Sequence record: PZ445551.1
Direction: 5' to 3' (one strand)
DNA: 64,000 nucleotides
DNA from: a phage
The notes under the pieces were generated by a model, which saw only the letters and a list, made by a program, of their open reading frames with translations, searched no databases and was not told the DNA's origin. The translations under genes and the position numbers were made by a program. Positions 63,121 to 64,000 of the stretch are shown here, one piece after another (positions within the stretch are counted from its first letter, which is position 1; each line of letters begins with the position of its first letter).

Positions 63121-64000
63121 TTAAATTCCAATAACAGTGTTTACACGCTTCTCTTTGCTACGCAAATTAACACGTCCACGAGACAGGCTATTACATGATG
63201 TGCATCTTAGCACTTGGAATGTACTAACCGCTGTTGTGTAAACCTTACCAGGAACAACTTCAAGGTGCTCTTTACCGCAACGAGGACAACGAAGTTTTTC
63301 ATCGTCATAGAATGCAGATACGTTAGGATGTTGTGGAATCCATGCACGAAGTTTGATGTAAAGATCTCTAAGAGAAACAACATCACCATCATTGTATGTT
63401 TGCATACGGAAGAAGGCATGTCTATCTCCTTCACAACATGCTTTCCACAAAGGAAAACCTTCATTATCAAGTTTAAAGTTTTCTGTATCAAAATACAAAC
63501 ACATTTCTTTAAGCGCATTAGAAGGTAGTGCAAACTGCTTCTTAGCTGCCTTGAGTGTATCAATTACAACATAATGTGATGGTGGCTCCATACCGTGAAA
63601 AGCAAAACGTTGGTTAATATAAGCCTTATCAAACTTAATACCATTGTGCGCGATCACAATATCTGCATCGTCAAGTAAGTGCCAGAGATCTTGACATAAT
63701 TCCCAATCATCTGTATGATCTATGTCAAACAAAGGGTAATTGCTAAGGTTCTTACCTTCTACTTCCCCTGTTTCTAAATCAGCAGATGAATAGGAAAGCA
63801 AGTAACCTCGACGAATAACTTGTTCAGGTGCAATAAAGGCTTTGAAACGTGAGAAGCTATACACAATCTCCGGTGCTGTCTCTACGTCAATAATTTTAAT
63901 TACTGGCCCACCTTTATCTTGCGGAGCACCGCGATGTGGTGAATTTACACGAGCTAAGTAATCATTTACTGTGCTCTTCTTAGTAGAACTTCCCAACACC
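63121..64000 (-). CDS. DnaQ-like (DEDD) 3'-5' exonuclease, 5' end at or beyond window edge
   Basis: Exo I IIDVETAPE, Exo II AHNGIKFDKAY, Exo III YVVIDTLKAAK. Confidence 0.65.
   Translation of the reverse strand, partial: VLGSSTKKSTVNDYLARVNSPHRGAPQDKGGPVIKIIDVETAPEIVYSFSRFKAFIAPEQVIRRGYLLSYSSADLETGEVEGKNLSNYPLFDIDHTDDWELCQDLWHLLDDADIVIAHNGIKFDKAYINQRFAFHGMEPPSHYVVIDTLKAAKKQFALPSNALKEMCLYFDTENFKLDNEGFPLWKACCEGDRHAFFRMQTYNDGDVVSLRDLYIKLRAWIPQHPNVSAFYDDEKLRCPRCGKEHLEVVPGKVYTTAVSTFQVLRCTSCNSLSRGRVNLRSKEKRVNTVIGI

Overview
AT-rich window from a large virulent dsDNA phage with T4-type hallmarks: T4-lysozyme-like endolysin, class Ia ribonucleotide reductase genes nrdA and nrdB separated by a homing-endonuclease-like gene, thymidine kinase, glutaredoxin, a DnaQ-like exonuclease, and a hyperplastic region of promoter + stem-loop + small-ORF cassettes. 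Three transcription blocks: leftward 1-7871 (UvrD-like helicase, DUF4326-like protein, small ORFs); rightward 7991-37930 (AAA ATPase, zinc-ribbon/T5orf172 protein, NADAR protein, about 17 promoter/stem-loop cassettes, two repeat-rich noncoding regions, a second small-ORF cluster with paralogous families); leftward 38107-64000 (Sir2-like, C5 and N6 DNA methyltransferases, DprA/SLOG-like protein, PP-family phosphatase, serine recombinase, HslV-like peptidase, PhoH, lysozyme, glutaredoxin, complete rmlBACD dTDP-rhamnose operon, nrdB, nrdA, divergent ThyX-like protein, nucleotidase-like protein, tdk, HNH endonuclease, exonuclease). No tRNA, rRNA or CRISPR array was found. Best candidates for an undescribed system: (i) the phage-borne dTDP-rhamnose pathway beside a divergent ThyX-like enzyme and nucleotide-salvage genes, possibly a DNA or surface glycosylation module; (ii) the accessory island of small ORFs with NADAR, DUF2829-like, acidic and paralogous proteins, possibly counter-defence; (iii) Fur-box-like palindrome clusters and nested palindromes in two large noncoding regions. 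All calls are from reading the sequence and motif recall; no database search was run. Coordinates of ORFs not in the supplied track are approximate (about +/-2 nt).
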